64,000 nucleotides of DNA, taken from positions 186,001-250,000 of the forward strand of contig OZ237765.1 in NCBI GenBank assembly GCA_965178125.1. The letters are read 5' to 3'. Below the pieces are notes generated by a model. The model was given only the letters and a program-made list of their open reading frames with translations, had not been told where the DNA came from and searched no databases. Below, in pieces: positions 39,037-50,501 of this stretch. The position numbers and the translations under genes are program-made. This DNA comes from Bilabrum cf. latius (lineage: Eukaryota). Positions within the stretch are counted from its first letter, which is position 1; each line of letters opens with the position of its first letter.

Positions 39037-40083
39037 TAGCGCAGCAACTCTGAAAACCTGGTACGAAAATGCGGGTAGCGTCTTTTTGGATTGATCAACT
39101 TGTTGTATGCGGGCTATAGACTAAAATTCGGCCATCGCACCACAACAGGGGAGAATAATAATAAGTCCTGCGTTCTTGGTGATGAGAAGGAGAACCATTA
39201 CGATGAGAAGGAGAACCACTTCTGTCAATGGACCCACGCATGAGGACCTGTTCGAGCACTTGCTACAACAAAAGAGGTCATTCAAGAATGTAATTTTTCT
39301 ACTAGTGCCTTATGCACCACCTCAGCCTTGGGTCCCTTTGCGATGATTGGCTTGGATGGTGCACTTCTTGCAGCCTCTGCTGCTATAAGCGCGGCTTCCA
39401 GCATTCGTGGTGCTTCCACCATGCTTGCCCCGCCTGATGCAGTAGCGGGCCTAGCCCTCCGTACAACAGCATCAACTAGTCTATGACCAGCAGTCACGGC
39501 AGGACATCTATGCCGTGGGAACAAGAGGTTCAGCCTATCCCTCATTCCTGCCTTCGATGACCAATCACCAGCACCGTGACGGCCAATTTCCCCACCTTTG
39601 GCGCAAGCCCCCAGGGCCAGCCGCAGTCGCACCATCCTTCTCCAGTAGAACACCAGCTGATAGCAGCACCTGCCACTGCCTGGCCATGGCAGGTGGCATC
39701 GCCGACACACACACCCAGCTCTGGGGACGCAGTGACGGCCGCCTGGGCCCCGCCAGAAGATACAGAATTGGACCGGCTCTTTGAGGCCGCCCTACGTTCA
39801 GCGCGCTCAGTGCGCTTCTATGATGCTTTACTTGAATCCATGGTAGAGCAAGAGGTTATTAAAGCGAAAACTGGCGAGCGCTGCCCCTCAGCGCCCGAAT
39901 AGCACGCGGCTTGATCGCCGCTCGAGTCTAATTGTGACCTCTCAACTTCCACATCCGCACGTGGTCGGGTGATCCGATCCCCCCTGATCCGAGTCACTCG
40001 TCCCCCACATGCCCAAACCCCCACCTACCCGGCCTGTGCCTCCCCCCTTTCTATCCGCCGTATCAACCCGATGACCCCACCAC

Positions 40084-40446
40084 TCATCTTCTCCTCCACT
40101 TCTTCCTCCCCACTTGGTGAACCGCCGCCCCCCCCCTCCTCCCTGCTTTGCCCCCCCCCGCCCATCTATCGCCTTCTCGCTCTACCCCCCCCCCCTCCCC
40201 CATCCCTCGCCCTCTCTCTCTGCTCTGCCCCCACCCCGCCCCCCCCCCACCACCCCACCCCTCGCCCTCTCCTTCTGCTCCGCCCCCCCCCCCCCCCATC
40301 CCTCGCCCTCTCCTTCTGCTCCACCCCCCCATCCCTCGCCCTCTCCTTCTGCTCCACCCACACCACTCCCCTCTCCATCCGTCGCCCACCCCGCGTCGCC
40401 GCCGCTCCTAGTCTGCATCCCTAGCCGCTTTCTCTCTCTCTCTCTC
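40084..40446. repeat. Polypyrimidine/polypurine low-complexity tract with CCATCCCTCGCCCTCTCCTTCTGCTCC-like repeats
   Basis: Strongly C/T-dominated on the + strand. About four copies of ccctcgccctctc(c)t…tgctc are separated by C-runs. Confidence 0.85.
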
Positions 40447-40536
40447 ACTCCGTTCGACCTGCCCAGTGCGATTGCCTCTTGGGGTGGTCGTTGTAGTTGG
40501 GTAGTGTGTGCTTTGACTCAGACATATTATATTCTC

Positions 40537-40631
40537 TCTCACTCCTCCGCATCGCTACGTCGCATCTTTCTCACTCCTCCGCATCGCTACGTCGCATCTT
40601 TCTCACTCCTCCGCATCGCTACGTCGCATCT
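40537..40631. repeat. 32-bp tandem repeat x3
   Basis: tctcactcctccgcatcgctacgtcgcatctt starts at 40537, 40569 and 40601 with no spacers. Confidence 0.95.
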
Positions 40632-41243
40632 GCTCCTGCACCTCGAGCGGGTCCTGCGCCCATCGCGCGACCTCAATCTCAGAGACCTTGCTGGCCTCAC
40701 CAACACACAGCTCTTGTGGCCCCCCTCCGCGACGGCGTTAGGATCAGAATGTAATGATACGAATGTAATGATACGACTAGTCGCATGAATTTATCGTTTC
40801 TCTCTTGTTTTTTATGATAACAATCGTTTCTCTCTAATTGGATTGCTCTCGCCGCCTGTTCGGTGGCCGGTGTACATATGGCGCTTCAGCACTTCATCGA
40901 CGTCAAGACGTGGAGCAAATTAAAAGGCGCAGTTTTCGAATTCGCTTCGAGGCCGCCGTAGTCTAGAATTTCCTGCACGCTGCTCTGTTTACTGCCTCTG
41001 CCCTTCTTGAGCCCGTCGGAATAGATGCAGCAGGTTAATTGGTGTGACTCCCTAGGATAGCGCGTGTGCTCCAGATTGAAAGCGGTGACTCTCGCTATTA
41101 TTACAATTCGCGCCGTTCGGTGCGAAAGCATTACGCACGCATCTGCCCAGAAGGCGAGAGCGGGCTTCCGTCATAATGCCGGCTTGGCATCGTTGGTATC
41201 GCACGCCACCCGTGCTTTCACGACCGCCAAACGAAGACCCACC

Positions 41244-42896
41244 TTACTTTTCATGTGATTCGCTCAAATAAGCGAACGCCTTCTCGTAGCCAACTCCAAG
41301 CTCTACCTCATGGAAGGGCACCTTCCAGACCTCCGCAAACGTAACCGGCTGGTTCAGAAACAAGCCTCCGTCGTGAGATAGCCACATCACCCCTGCCGTG
41401 GGACGCATGAAGGACGTGTCGACGGACCACAGGTACGCCCCGGTGTCCATGTTTACGATGGCAAGATCTCCCGCGCGGTCGCACTCCTCCCCCGTGATGA
41501 CGAGTGCGCAATTCGTGGCATTGACCCAGGTAGCCGTCTCCCACACCACGTGGTCGGGGCTATCGACCTTTTCCAGGTTGCAGCTGTCCTGTAACTCCAG
41601 AGAGTAATCACCTTTGGACAATAGCGAATGCCCCTTGGCCAGCACCTCGGAGTCCCACAGAGTGTCCCCCTTGGCGGCAGGTCGCTTCGCAAGCGCCTGG
41701 GGGTCGCAGCGACTCGGAGGCGCCCCTTCGATGGCTGCTTGCAGGGCCTTCATCTTGCGACCATTGCCGAAGGTCGTGTCCTCGTCAGGACTATCCAGGT
41801 CCGCCGACCCCGCCGACCACGCGATTGCACCTCCCTGCTGGTGCAGGACGGCATTCCCGTCCCCCTGCAGACGAAGGGTGTCTGCACCCGGATCCATCAG
41901 CGAGGTAGGCACCCGCCAGATGTACTGCCCGGAGGCGCTGTCCACGATGGCCAGGTCCCCCTGGGTGTCGCACCCGTCCCCCGTGATGACGAGTGCGCAC
42001 TTCCCCTCGGTACCCTTGCCCGCCGTGTGGGTCGCGAATACCGCCTTGCCCTCTCGGTACACCACCAGGTTGCAGTCTCCCTGCATGCGCAGCTCGACCC
42101 CATCGTCCGCCTTCAGGGCGGCCCCGGCTCTCAGCACCTGCCTCGGAGACAGCACGTCTCCGTCGGTCATTTCGTGGTATGACGATTGCAGGGCCTTTGC
42201 ATCGCACTGCAGACTGTGCACGTCCTCTTGCACCTCCAGATCGATGTGGAAGTACCCGGTTTTACTCGGGTTGTTCGGATCTTGTTTGGTGCTCCACAGC
42301 AGCTGTGCGCCTTGCTGGAGGAGAACGGCATTGCCGTCCCCCTGGAGCAGAAACGTGTCCACCTCGGGTGTGAAGAATGAGGATTGCACCCGCCAGAGAT
42401 ACTTGCCTGTTCTCGTGTCGATGAGGGCCAGGTCTCCCTGCGTGCTGCACGATGCATCCGTCAAGAGCAGCGCGCAGTGGTCGGCATGCTCCTCTTGTTT
42501 GGCCGAGATCTCCAGACGCTTACTGTCGTTGTCAATAACGAGCAGTCTGCAGTCATTCTTGACCGTAACCATCGCTGAATCCTTTACTAAGGAGTTCCAG
42601 CGCGAGCTGGTTTCGGTGGAATGCAGGATTTCGCCTCTCTGGAGCCTGTCGCCCTCTGCCGGCGTCTTCCTCGCTGCCAAGGCGCTCGCGTTGCAGGACA
42701 ACGAATCAAGTTTGTCAATGTAGAAGTGGCCTGCCTGCCATATGCTGTCGCTCCGGTGCCTGCTGTTGGCGTGGACCGAGGCCGACGACGTAGAGCCAGC
42801 GTGGCGAAGGTGCTGCTGGCCTGTTGCTCGCCTCCCGTGCACACTGAGTACCGAACAAGCGGCGAGAGCTACCAAAATGGATACGATTGATCGCAT
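41244..42896 (-). CDS. Secreted protein with three bulb-type (B-type/GNA-like) lectin repeats
   Basis: Signal peptide MRSIVSILVALAACSVLSVHG and three repeats with MQGDCNLVVY / LQGDGNAVL…W motifs. Apparent stop TAA, although AA|GTAAGG could instead be a splice donor. Confidence 0.85.
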   Translation of the reverse strand: MRSIVSILVALAACSVLSVHGRRATGQQHLRHAGSTSSASVHANSRHRSDSIWQAGHFYIDKLDSLSCNASALAARKTPAEGDRLQRGEILHSTETSSRWNSLVKDSAMVTVKNDCRLLVIDNDSKRLEISAKQEEHADHCALLLTDASCSTQGDLALIDTRTGKYLWRVQSSFFTPEVDTFLLQGDGNAVLLQQGAQLLWSTKQDPNNPSKTGYFHIDLEVQEDVHSLQCDAKALQSSYHEMTDGDVLSPRQVLRAGAALKADDGVELRMQGDCNLVVYREGKAVFATHTAGKGTEGKCALVITGDGCDTQGDLAIVDSASGQYIWRVPTSLMDPGADTLRLQGDGNAVLHQQGGAIAWSAGSADLDSPDEDTTFGNGRKMKALQAAIEGAPPSRCDPQALAKRPAAKGDTLWDSEVLAKGHSLLSKGDYSLELQDSCNLEKVDSPDHVVWETATWVNATNCALVITGEECDRAGDLAIVNMDTGAYLWSVDTSFMRPTAGVMWLSHDGGLFLNQPVTFAEVWKVPFHEVELGVGYEKAFAYLSESHEK

Positions 42897-43195
42897 TCCA
42901 GCAGATCTAAGGTTGATTCAACCGTTGTATCGCTCCCGCAAGGAGACTTGTGTGAGTCTGCGAGGCATGCGCATTGCGCAGGAGCTCTAAGCCCCCCCCC
43001 CCCCCCCTCAGATCCGCTACGTAGCCGCTACCCGGGGGCAGACCCCTCATCAGAGGGCCCCTCATCAGAGGGGGGAGAACGATATACGATAAATTTATGG
43101 GATTCAAACTACACGCTACCCAGGCTAAGAAGTCAAGATTGAATCCAAGCCTATGCAATTTGGGGACCGTCCCCAAATGATCCCCAAATAAGCTT

Positions 43196-45997
43196 ATGGG
43201 GTTCATCCACATTCTCCTGCTGGAGCTCAGGTTGATGCCTTTTCAGAAAGAAACAGTCTCCCCGGGTGACCTGCATGAGGCAGTCGATGTGGTGGGACAG
43301 GCCAACGTGGACGCGCTGCGAGTTTGCTGCACGCTTGGCGATGATGTACAGGCGGTAATGACAGCAGTTTGAGCTGCGAGAAATAATGCAGGACGCGAGA
43401 TTCGCGGGAAGCCCGGAGTTTCTGCTGCTCTGGGGCGTTTGCATTAGCAAGGTTTGCTAGGAGCTTTGCAGAGTGAGGTTCCAGTCGACTACTTTCGCAG
43501 CTAGAAGGCAGTGGAAGATAACGCTATGATGATTTCATTCCTGGAGTCGGAGGCAAAAGCTGCGAAGCTGGCTCCGGCAAAAGCGAAGCTGGCTTCAAGT
43601 TGGGAAAAAGCGGAATCTGCGAGGCTGTCCAGGACTGGGATCCCGACGCTTTCCTAGCTGGAACAAACACTACTGTCAGGTGTCACGCACACGCGGTAAG
43701 ATGTGGAGCGCTGCTGCTCTGAGTGGGAGGAGCGAGGGCTCGCGCTCGGGGAGCCTGTCCCGCACTTTCTTCCGAGCTGGAGATCTTTACGCTCCTTTTT
43801 TCAGGAGTCCTGCTCGATTGAGGGCATCGAGGATATCGTGGGGAATATGCAGGCAGTAATTGACGACGTGATAGAGGCGCTTGTGGTGTACAACCAAGCA
43901 ATGGAGCTAGTCGATATTTTATCAGCGGACGTCGTGTTCATAGCTACCGGGGAGGGCTCCTCGAGGAAACTAGTACTGCGGGACGCGATACAAGTCTTGC
44001 TCTCGCGAATGACCGGCTTGCGCATCGATTTTTCCTTACCGAACAGGATTCTATCGGGCCCGAAAGGAATGGGGAAGACATGCATTGTGAAAGCCATAGC
44101 CCAGGCCGGCGCTCTGCTCGAATTTTCCAACCCAAGGTGGACTGTGTGTAGCGTATATGTCCCGACCCCCAAACCTAGTGTACCAGTTGGTCCGATGGGG
44201 TATATTTCCAAAGCACTGCATGATCGGGGCCTGCTGTGCGATGCCGACGGGAAGCCGGCAACGTGGGAAGTCGAGCCGGCAGTAGATCGGGCGGCGCGCA
44301 TGTACAAGTGGTGTCGGGATAGGAACGTCATTCCCGTGCTGTTGCTAGACGAAGCAGCGCGTGTCCAGAACAGGACTGACTCCGAGCTGGAGGTATTCAA
44401 GACTGAGCTTGAAGAAATGTGCGAGGTGAAGAAGTCTCATGGCATGCTCAGGCTGACCGGGACGTGGTCGCAGCTGCCCCGGCTCATGTACTCTTCAACA
44501 TTTGGCAAGATCGGGATGAACCACCAAAAGCTGGTTGAGGAGTCGCTCAGGAACGGGCTGATGCCAGCGGAGAGTGCAATGATGGGGCTGTACAACGCGC
44601 CGTTGCCACTATAGGACCGGCTCGCCCTCCGCGCTCTTCTGGCGAACCACATGCTGCAGGGTCAACCCCGGACTCTGTCGAGGACCGGGTTCCTGGATGA
44701 CGATGGAACCGAGCCCACGGGGAGGAGTGTGCAATTTTCCTTCCGCAACGCCGAGGAGCTGCGGTCCACTAGCGGTGACGTATGGGATGAGCAGCTGAAG
44801 CGCGCCACGGCGACCGTATTGAGATTGCAATACTCTTCAGGTGGCATATCGCGACACTACAGTCACGCGAGCCACCCCACTGCATTACTGAGTATGATCC
44901 TGGAGGTGCTGCGGCATAACCGCGGGATTCGACATTTGGCGGACTGGCTAGTCGATACGACTGTCAAGCTCTTTCCCAACGTACTGGCACTGCCGTTCGA
45001 CGAGTTCGTCACTAAAGTAGTCACGATGGACGCTAACGTGCTAGACGAGGCCGTCGCATTAGTTAATCCTGGTTTCGATAGATATGGATTCACCCCGGAG
45101 ATGCGAGAGGTGGCCGCCAGCGAGCTGCTCGACCACGCGGTGACGATTAGCCTGATCCACACGGAGTCGGTGGGAGTGAAGCTGTAGGATTATGCTGCCG
45201 GCGTTCGGTTCAGCGCGCCTCTCTTTCTATCAGTAACCAGGCAGGTACTGCTAAACGTGGATACGGCGCTTCCCTGGCTCGAGCAGATGGCCCTGACGTG
45301 GCCAGACGGAAGGTTTGGCAAGGACTTGGCGGAGGGGCTAATCGCGGAGGGACTGGCCTTGAATGGCCTCAAGCTGCTGCCAGACCGGGAGAAGCTGGTC
45401 GGAGGCCATTCCTTCCGCAGGGTGGATGCAGATGCGTGGTACAGGTATCACACGGCTGAGCAAAAAGACAAGGACGGAGCGCGTGCCAGGCTGCAGCCGC
45501 TACATTTGCGAAAGATTTCAGGCGACATCGAGGTGCCTCTCAACACGCTGCTGAAGGAGATGCCTGACGGGCACAAGGCGGACCTGATCGCAGTATGTCA
45601 CGCCGCCGGGAGCAAGCGCGCCTACGTGCTAAGGGTGCAGGTGAAGCTGGGCGAGTCAAAGTCCGCGTGGATGCACGACGCGACGGCTCTAAAGGAATGG
45701 TCGGACGTGCGGGGGTCGCTGCGCAAGGCAATGAACCTGCAAGATATCGAGCTCGTCCATGTGCCGGTGTTGATGGCTCCCCGTACGACAGACAACCACG
45801 CCAAGCAGATCGAGAGCGAAGGAGTGCGCGTGGTGCGAGGGCAGGACTTCTGGGACATGCAGATCCCTCATGTCCAAGCGATTGCGTGGCTAATTCCGCA
45901 AACGGAATCAACCCAGCCCGAGGAGGAGGAGATGCACACGTTTGTCCGTGTAAAGCGACCCAAGGATCAGTATTTGGAGTCTGTCAGCCAGGCCTGA
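43196..45997 (+). pseudogene. Crinkler/RHS-effector-like P-loop NTPase plus PD-(D/E)xK nuclease, 5' part disrupted
   Basis: Walker A ILSGPKGMGKT, Walker B VLLLDEA, C-terminal KADLIAV…LRVQVKLG nuclease-like motif. Intact from 43700 through TAG 44612 and 45185 to TGA 45997. The same frame upstream to ATG 43196 carries TGA 43370 and TAA 43697, so it is either a pseudogene or starts at ATG 43847. Confidence 0.6.
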
Positions 45998-46163
45998 CCC
46001 AGGTCGTACGGCGGGGGAGCTCAGCTAGTCCATCAGGTGCCCGGGGGCCACAGGAGGCGTGATGCCATGTCGCTGGCGGTGGGGACGGCCATATTTGCTT
46101 CTACCGTTGTGCCGTAACAAGATGTATCTAGCTTCAGGTTGCACTTGTGTTGCAATCACCACC

Positions 46164-46444
46164 TTCTCCTCGACCTCATCCCCCAAGCACGTCCACCACA
46201 AAGGGTGCGACCCGCACGCCACTGCGCACCGCCCCTTTCTGTGTCCTCACAGTCCCTGGACACCACTTGTCTTCTCCTCCGATCCGGAGTCCGGACGCCG
46301 AGCGCTCCGAGGTCGACGGGCCTGCCGTAGCTGGCCAGCTTCGTGGCACGAGCGGACCGCGCCGACCCGGCAGCCGGGCCACTTGGCCCTCTGGCTCCCG
46401 GATTGGGCGTCTGCCCGTGGCCTCGCGGACCACCTGCCTCGAGC
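46164..46444 (-). mobile_element. Second, internally deleted copy of the RLE retrotransposon fragment
   Basis: Near-identical to 38497-38929 in the same orientation but lacks 154 bp (38681-38834). Confidence 0.8.
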
Positions 46445-46672
46445 GCCACCTGCACTGGCAGGGCATAGCCGTGTGTCTGCACGAGAATAGCTGCCATGTC
46501 CCTGAGGGGGTACATGGGAGACTAGTTCCCTGGATTTCATTCAGTTTCACCATCTTTCAAAGTGCGTACTTGGTGAGGGCAAAGGAATTGCGCCGGGTGG
46601 TGGTTGGCTGCGTCGGAGGGTGCACCGCACTGTACGGCCTCGGCAGCACGGAAGCACAGTCGCTAAATTGAA

Positions 46673-48490
46673 ATGGCGGGCGTCCACGACTCTCCAAAAT
46701 CGGTTGCGGGTCCAGGAGGCTTCGCACCAGGTGATTTACCTCTGCCCTTCTCGCTGGAGGAGGCGCACAAGGAAATAATGGAGCTTCGATTCGAAGTAGA
46801 AAGCCTCCGAGCACAGGTGTTGGCATCGCCAAAGCGCAAGAGAGCTACTAGCGAGCTTGCCGACGGCACCAAGCTTGATGACATTGCCATTGACGAAATG
46901 GTTGCCATGCGTAGGATCTTTGACGTCATTGACACGAATAACAATGGATGTGTAACAGCAACAGACATTGGCAAGCTTCATGCCAGCCTCGGCGAGCCCC
47001 TTGAAGGTAAGAAGCTATGCACTGCATATTTACTATGCGCAAAGTACTTGTCATTACTGGCAGGTTGACCCGTAGTAGTTGTGTGTGTTTCCATTGCATG
47101 CGGTGCATCTTCGGACATCCAAGAACGGCATGCTGCACTACCGAATCTTCGCCCCCTGAATAGATCTTGCGACATGCATTGCTTTGCACAGTCTAGCCGT
47201 AATTACATCCTGCAGAGGGCGAGGAAGCCAAAGCGCTCGAGGCCATGGGCGGCTCGGACGGCGAGATTGACTTCCCTACCTTCATGCGATTCTGGCACGA
47301 CACTCGCATGATGCGGTACAAGGAGGTCGTACGCGGCTCCAAGGACGCCAAGGCGAAGTGGAGGGAGCAGTACCAGCAGCGCTTCAAGTTCGTGCAGGCG
47401 AAGGTCACGCCGGAACTCGCGCACCTCACCGTGGACACGGAGGGAGTGGCCGGCTCACTCGACTACCGCGTCAAGTTCTATTCCACCGCGGGAGCTGGCA
47501 AGCACCAGATCTCCCCTTGGCACGACATCCCGCTCAAGAACGATGACGGGACCTACAATCTCGTCGTGGAGATCCCCAAGTGGACCAGGAACAAGTACGA
47601 GATTTGCACCACGGAGCCGTTCAACCCGATCAAACAGGACGTAAAGAACGGCAAGCCAAGAGTGTACGCGTGGGGGGATGTGAGTGATGTGCCAAACATT
47701 GATCCGGTGATGTATTGGGCGCGTGTGCCGCTCCTGTGTAGGTTGAGCACATGCATGTGCGGCGTGTTCCGCGTCCATGAAACGCTGTGCTCCGTTCCGG
47801 CCGGACCTGCTGCCTCTGTTTGCCTCTTGTTTTGCCTTCGCAGATGCCTTTCAACTACGGTGCCTTTCCTCAGACTTGGGAGGATCCCAGCCATCGGAGC
47901 GAGGCAACTGGCTGCATCGGGGACAACGACCCGATCGACGTGGTGGACATTGGAAGCAAGCAGTGGGCCGTGGGGTCCGTGGTGCGCGTCAAGATCCTGG
48001 GCGTGATTGCCTTGATCGACGACGGCGAGACGGACTGGAAAGTCATCACGATCTCGGCAGAGGTGAGCTTGAGAGCGCGGAAAAGCTTGAGGCGAGCAGC
48101 TGAACAGGTGCTCGATTCCGAGCCAGTGACCGAGCATGAACTGTGTGCCAGCACATGGAGAAGCCAGCAATTCGCGATTGTTTCGCCTCTCGTTCATGGA
48201 CCCATGTATCTGAATTGGGGATCTGTTTCACCCTGTCACTTCCCTCGCAGGACAAGCTGGCCGAGGATTTAGACGACATCGATGACGTCCGAAAGATCAT
48301 CCCCGGGGCCTCGGAATGCCTCATCCACTGGCTCAAGATGTACAAGTCAACGTACGACCCGCCCATTATAAACAAGATCGCGTTCGAGAAGCCTCAGGGG
48401 AAGGAATTCGCCACTGGTGTCGTGGAGGAGACTCATGACGCATGGAAGCGGCTGATTGCCATGAAAGGGTCCAAGGCGCTGCTCGGTTGA
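46673..48490 (+). CDS. EF-hand plus family I soluble inorganic pyrophosphatase (VSP1/acidocalcisomal-type architecture), paralog A
   Basis: Exons 46673-47006, 47216-47679, 47844-48062, 48251-48490. EF loop [12 protein letters not shown], then [53 protein letters not shown]. Stop TGA. Confidence 0.93.
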
Positions 48491-48697
48491 AGGAGCCCGG
48501 CAGGTGCTCCCGTTAACGTGTTGAATGGCTGCTCACTGACAGTGGCGATGGCCTAGTGGTGTGCTGCTTGCACGCAAGCGGCCGCATGTGTCTGCAGGGA
48601 GAATATTTTTTGGTGCAAAATGAGATTTCGAAGGATGAAGATCAATTGATGGCATCATGGCGCGAGCAGGATCTTTCATACCACGATACAGTTTCGA

Positions 48698-50501
48698 ATG
48701 GCAGCAGTTGGTGGCGCTTCAAGTTCTGTGGTTGGTCCTGCTGGGGCCACACCTGGCGAGTTGCCGCTCCCTTCGGACCTCGAAGAGGCACACAGTATCA
48801 TCCGAGAATAGCGCGCCCAACTCGAGTCCCTTCAGGCACAAATCTTCAGCGCACCAAAAATCAAGCGCGAGACTAGCGAACTTGAGGATGGGACTTAGTT
48901 AGAAGGTATCACCACGGACGAGATGGTGGCGATGCGTAAGATTTTCGACTCCGTCGACAAGGACGACAGCGGCACAATTACGGCAGCGGATGTGGGAGAG
49001 CTTCACACGCGTCTTGGGGAACCGTTGCAAGGTGAGAAACCATGTTAATTTTAGATTACGCGGCGCGAAACACCAAGCAGATTCGTTGGGCCCACTTTAT
49101 GTTAGGGCGTGCACATTTGGTGTTCTGCAGTGTGATCCACAAATTTAGCATGCTGAAGCGATGGCTCAGCTATAATGTACAATGCGTTACGAGTGTATTT
49201 ATATATGACTGCACAGCCATCTGATGCTGCTGCTGGAACGAATACATCGTCGCCGGCATTCTGCCCGTACTTGTCGCAGAAGGAGAAGAAGCCCAGGCTG
49301 TCGAGGCCATGGGCGGCTCGGATGGAATGGTAGACTTCCCTACCTTCATGAAATTCTGGCACGCTACCAAGGCCAAGCTCCGCCACGACGTGGCGAAGGG
49401 CTCCAAGGACGCCAAGGCGAAGTGGAGGGAGCAGTACCAGCAGCGCTTCAAGTTCGTGCAGGCGAAGGTCACGCCGGAACTCGCGCACATCTCGGTCGAG
49501 AGCGAAGGCATCGTGGGCTCACTCGACTACCGCGTCAAGTTCTTCTCCTCTGCGGCGGGAGGCAAGCACCAGATCTCCCCCTGGCACGACATCCCGCTCA
49601 AGAACGATGACGGGACGTACAATGTCATCGTGGAGATCCCCAAGTGGACGCGGGCCAAATATGAGACGTGCACCACGGAGCCATTCAACCCGATCAAGCA
49701 GGACGTGAAGAACGGCAAGCCGAGGAGCTACGTATGGGGCGACGTGAGTTTCTGCAGTTGAAGGGCTCGATCCACAGCTGACTTCCTCCCCATCCTGCAG
49801 TGCAGTGCAGTGCAGTGCTCGCCCCCTCATGCAATGGAGTAGTGGATGTCATGAGAATCAATTGCACCGGCTTAATTTCAAGTCCTGCCTCTGGTGTTCT
49901 TGCCTTTGATCGTCCGCAGATGCCTTTCAACTACGGTGCCTTTCCTCAGACTTGGGAGGATCCCAGCCATCGGAGCGAGGCGACCAGCTGCATCGGGGAC
50001 AACGACCCGATCGACGTGGTGGACATTGGAAGCAAGCAGTGGGCCGTGGGATCCGTGGTGCGCGTCAAGATCCTGGGCATCATTGCCATGATCGACGACG
50101 GCGAGACGGACTGGAAAGTCATCACCATCTCGGCAGAAGTGAGCATGCTCGCTCTGAGCGATTAATTGGTCGCCGACGCTGCGCCGCTTGGTTTCATTTC
50201 GTTACTTGTTTTATACTAGTTCAAATTCGCGATCTACGCTCCTCCGAACTCCCCGCAGGACAAGCTGGCCGAGGATCTGGACGACATAGATGACGTCCGA
50301 AAGATCGTGCCTGGAGCAGCCGAGAGTCTCATCCGCTGGCTGAAAATGTACAAGTCTACGCGTGATCCGCCCATCATTAACACGATCGCTTTCGACGGCA
50401 AGCCACAGGGGAAGGAATTCGCAGTGAAGATAATTGAAGAGACCCACGAAGCGTGGAAGCGCCTCATTGCACGGAAAGGGTCAAAGGCGGTACTGGGCTG
50501 A
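48698..50501 (+). CDS. EF-hand plus inorganic pyrophosphatase, tandem paralog B
   Basis: Exons 48698-49031, 49280-49743, 49920-50138, 50259-50501, with the first three exon lengths (334/464/219) identical to paralog A. Exon 1 aligns colinearly with paralog A only if TAG 48809 and 48896 are read through. Stop TGA. Confidence 0.93.

Noticed and set aside
39282-39902. Short ORFs on both strands in the island
   Set aside because: No recognisable motifs or consistent gene structure, so a CDS cannot be supported.
40537-40631. CRISPR-like array
   Set aside because: The repeats are directly adjacent without spacers, there are no cas genes and the context is eukaryotic.
43158-43178. Perfect inverted repeat ATTTGGGGAC-C-GTCCCCAAAT as a terminator or TIR
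   Set aside because: Isolated, with no partner end or TSD found; bacterial-type terminators are not relevant here.
48809-48811. UAG=Leu, because this TAG aligns with Leu in paralog A
   Set aside because: It is a single site in a diverged exon. The other TAG aligns with Lys, and the poly-Q, AQ/GQ and CQNGG contexts favour Gln.
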